A stretch of DNA of 64,000 nt from a bacterium. Lineage in GTDB: Bacteria > Patescibacteriota > UBA1384 > CAILIB01. Below, piece by piece: positions 62,643 to 64,000 of this stretch. Both the position numbers and the translations under genes were made by a program. The stretch is taken from contig JBAXRQ010000001.1 of the NCBI GenBank assembly GCA_037131105.1, positions 458,263-522,262 of the forward strand. The letters run 5' to 3'. The notes beneath the pieces were generated by a model. The model ran no database searches. It was not told the DNA's origin and saw nothing but the letters and a program-made list of their open reading frames with translations. Every line of letters starts with the position of its first letter. Within the stretch, counting starts at the first letter, position 1.

Positions 62643-63293
62643 GTGATTGCTTTGCAAACATATAGAGTACATATTTGGGCTACAGCCTGCGGACTAGTGA
62701 ATTCAGCCTCAGTAGCAGATCGGGAACAACTCTTGGAAGAAGTAAGCTCAAAACTGCGGCAGCGGATTTTCCGTAAAGTAGCGTACTTTAACGTTGCCAG
62801 TTACTTCATGCCCCCCGAACAAAGTCACTGGCAGGAAGCACTTAACTTTCTGGGTATACGCGGTTGGCCACTGGAAATAGTTACCGTATGTACCCCCGCT
62901 GAAACGGTGCACACGCTCCTCAAGTCGGCAGATGTTATCTATATTGAAGGCGGCAACCCCTCCTTCTTAATGTGGTGGTTGGAGAGGAACAACTTGACCG
63001 AGGCACTGCGCGAAAAAATTCTCAGTGGCACCCCCACTATTGGCGCTTCTGCCGGAGCCATGGTTCTGGGGCAAAGTGTAGCCATTAGCAAACTTGGCAA
63101 GCCCTGGGCTCAACCACTTCCAGTACGCAACAATATGAGTGGACTGGGAATTCTACCTGAAAGCATTTGGCCTCACTACGGACGTAAGTGGTGGCATCCG
63201 GCGCTTCGACCCCTGGCTAGGACAATGTCAAGATCACCAGTCTTACGCCTCCGTGATGGAGAGTTCCATTATTACAACTCCGTCACCCTCTAG
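62643..63293 (+). CDS. Peptidase S51 family (peptidase E or cyanophycinase-like).
   Basis: 216 aa. Contains IYIEGGN and the catalytic GASAGAMVLG (GxSAG) motif. Confidence 0.55.
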   Translation: MIALQTYRVHIWATACGLVNSASVADREQLLEEVSSKLRQRIFRKVAYFNVASYFMPPEQSHWQEALNFLGIRGWPLEIVTVCTPAETVHTLLKSADVIYIEGGNPSFLMWWLERNNLTEALREKILSGTPTIGASAGAMVLGQSVAISKLGKPWAQPLPVRNNMSGLGILPESIWPHYGRKWWHPALRPLARTMSRSPVLRLRDGEFHYYNSVTL

Positions 63294-63302
63294 TCACAAT
63301 TT

Positions 63303-63337
63303 AAAAAGCAGCCATCCGTAAGGGTGTGCTGCTTTTT
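63303..63337. terminator. Bidirectional terminator hairpin between convergent genes.
   Basis: AAAAAGCAGC at 63303-63312, a 15-nt loop, then GCTGCTTTTT at 63328-63337, a perfect 10-bp stem. Confidence 0.7.
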
Positions 63338-63351
63338 GATTATCCTCCTTT

Positions 63352-63612
63352 TCATGGTCTACGCCTCGAATCCCGATTGGGGTTAATGGCTCCACAGTTG
63401 CGACAACCCCAGTTGAGATTGTCGTCCCAAAGATTACTACTTCCACACTTACCACATCTTCCGGTATGCGCCCCTCTCGGCTGAGATGATGCCGAAGAAT
63501 TCGGCTTCGTCGTAGGTTTTCGGCCATTGATCTGGCCACAGGAGTAGCATCCACCCTGGGCGTTATCATCCCAGGTATTGGTACTCCGACAAAGGCAGCA
63601 GGGAATCCCCAT
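63352..63612 (-). CDS. Tandem double zinc-ribbon mini-protein (two repeats of C-x2-C-x12-C-x2-C with a conserved WDDN).
   Basis: 86 aa. CCLCRSTNTWDDNAQGGCYSCGQIN and CGKCGSSNLWDDNLNWGCRNCGAIN. Confidence 0.5.
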   Translation of the reverse strand: MGIPCCLCRSTNTWDDNAQGGCYSCGQINGRKPTTKPNSSASSQPRGAHTGRCGKCGSSNLWDDNLNWGCRNCGAINPNRDSRRRP

Positions 63613-63620
63613 TTCTCACC

Positions 63621-63998
63621 TCACTTTTTCCAAATTTCCCAAAAGCGCTTCCCTTTGTCAGCACTAACAGCTTTCCCTTTAACAACAATGGGCACGGAAG
63701 TAACCGGTACCCACTTCCCATTCACCAGCTGGGTAAAGCGAACTTTGGCTTTAGGATTGCCACAGTCCAGAAAGATTTCCACCTTCTGTCCAGTTTTCTT
63801 TTGGCAGGTGGCGATCAACCTCACAACACCGGGAGCTTTGATACTTAATCCCGAGAGAACCACTGCCTGTACTTTTGTGGTCACAAATCCGTTAACCATC
63901 TGGTCAAACCATTGCTGGCTTTGGACATCCGAACCAAGGATACTCCGTTGAACAGCTTCATTACCCTTGGTAAGATCTTCCCCAGGCAAAGTCGCCAT
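63621..63998 (-). CDS. Hypothetical protein. Start codon lies 3 nt from the window edge, so the true N-terminus may be beyond the window.
   Basis: 125 aa ORF upstream of the zinc-ribbon gene and on the same strand; probably an operon. Confidence 0.35.
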   Translation of the reverse strand: MATLPGEDLTKGNEAVQRSILGSDVQSQQWFDQMVNGFVTTKVQAVVLSGLSIKAPGVVRLIATCQKKTGQKVEIFLDCGNPKAKVRFTQLVNGKWVPVTSVPIVVKGKAVSADKGKRFWEIWKK

Positions 63999-64000
63999 TT

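Overview
This 64 kb window looks like a conserved core region of a small, streamlined bacterial genome. It is GC-rich at about 55-57 %, and the last ~1.5 kb has a visibly lower GC content. All of the following is read from the ORF translations and the raw sequence by eye. Start codons are frequently GTG, and many adjacent genes overlap by 4-11 nt.

Content by region:
- 0.6-5.2 kb: a sugar-phosphate module with a split transketolase (N and C subunits), a class-II-aldolase-like protein that has lost its metal ligands, a PfkB-family kinase and a D-2-hydroxyacid dehydrogenase.
- 5.3-8.2 kb: a small, highly expressed unknown protein with its own promoter, operator-like repeats and double terminator, followed by a WbaP-type sugar phosphotransferase and a GT4 glycosyltransferase.
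- 8.3-17.7 kb: gyrB, gyrA, a PAP2-like membrane protein, infB (short form), a LysM-M23 peptidase and obg.
- 17.8-30.3 kb: rpoB, rpoC, rpsL, rpsG, fusA, an inserted RadC/JAB-family gene, and tuf.
- 30.4-46.3 kb: the S10-spc-alpha ribosomal-protein super-operon (rpsJ through rplQ, secY, adk, map, infA, rpmJ, rpsM/K/D, rpoA), then rplM, rpsI and an RbfA-like gene. rpmC (L29) and rpmD (L30) are missing from their expected slots in the operon.
- 46.3-56.4 kb: pheS, pheT, a pseudouridine synthase, a DD-carboxypeptidase, rnc, nusB, an unlisted rpmF (L32), a C39-like peptidase and leuS.
- 56.5-61.4 kb: an unusual lipid/regulatory locus. It contains a PadR regulator, an OmpR-type regulator with a degenerate receiver domain, a PlsY fused to a C-terminal domain resembling cyanobacterial acyl-ACP reductase (AAR), a very divergent GpsA-like glycerol-3-phosphate dehydrogenase homologue, and a sensor-less histidine kinase.
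- 61.4-64.0 kb: a secreted lysozyme-like protein, an S51 peptidase, a tandem zinc-ribbon mini-protein and a further hypothetical gene, in a lower-GC tail.

Two ribosomal genes were missing from the ORF track because they are under 60 aa: rpmJ (42122-42238, + strand) and rpmF (52908-53087, - strand). No rRNA, tRNA, CRISPR array or obvious IS element was found.

The most interesting candidate is the PlsY-AAR-like fusion together with the GpsA-like gene and its unusual regulators. It may be an undescribed variant of the first steps of membrane phospholipid synthesis in a reduced genome.
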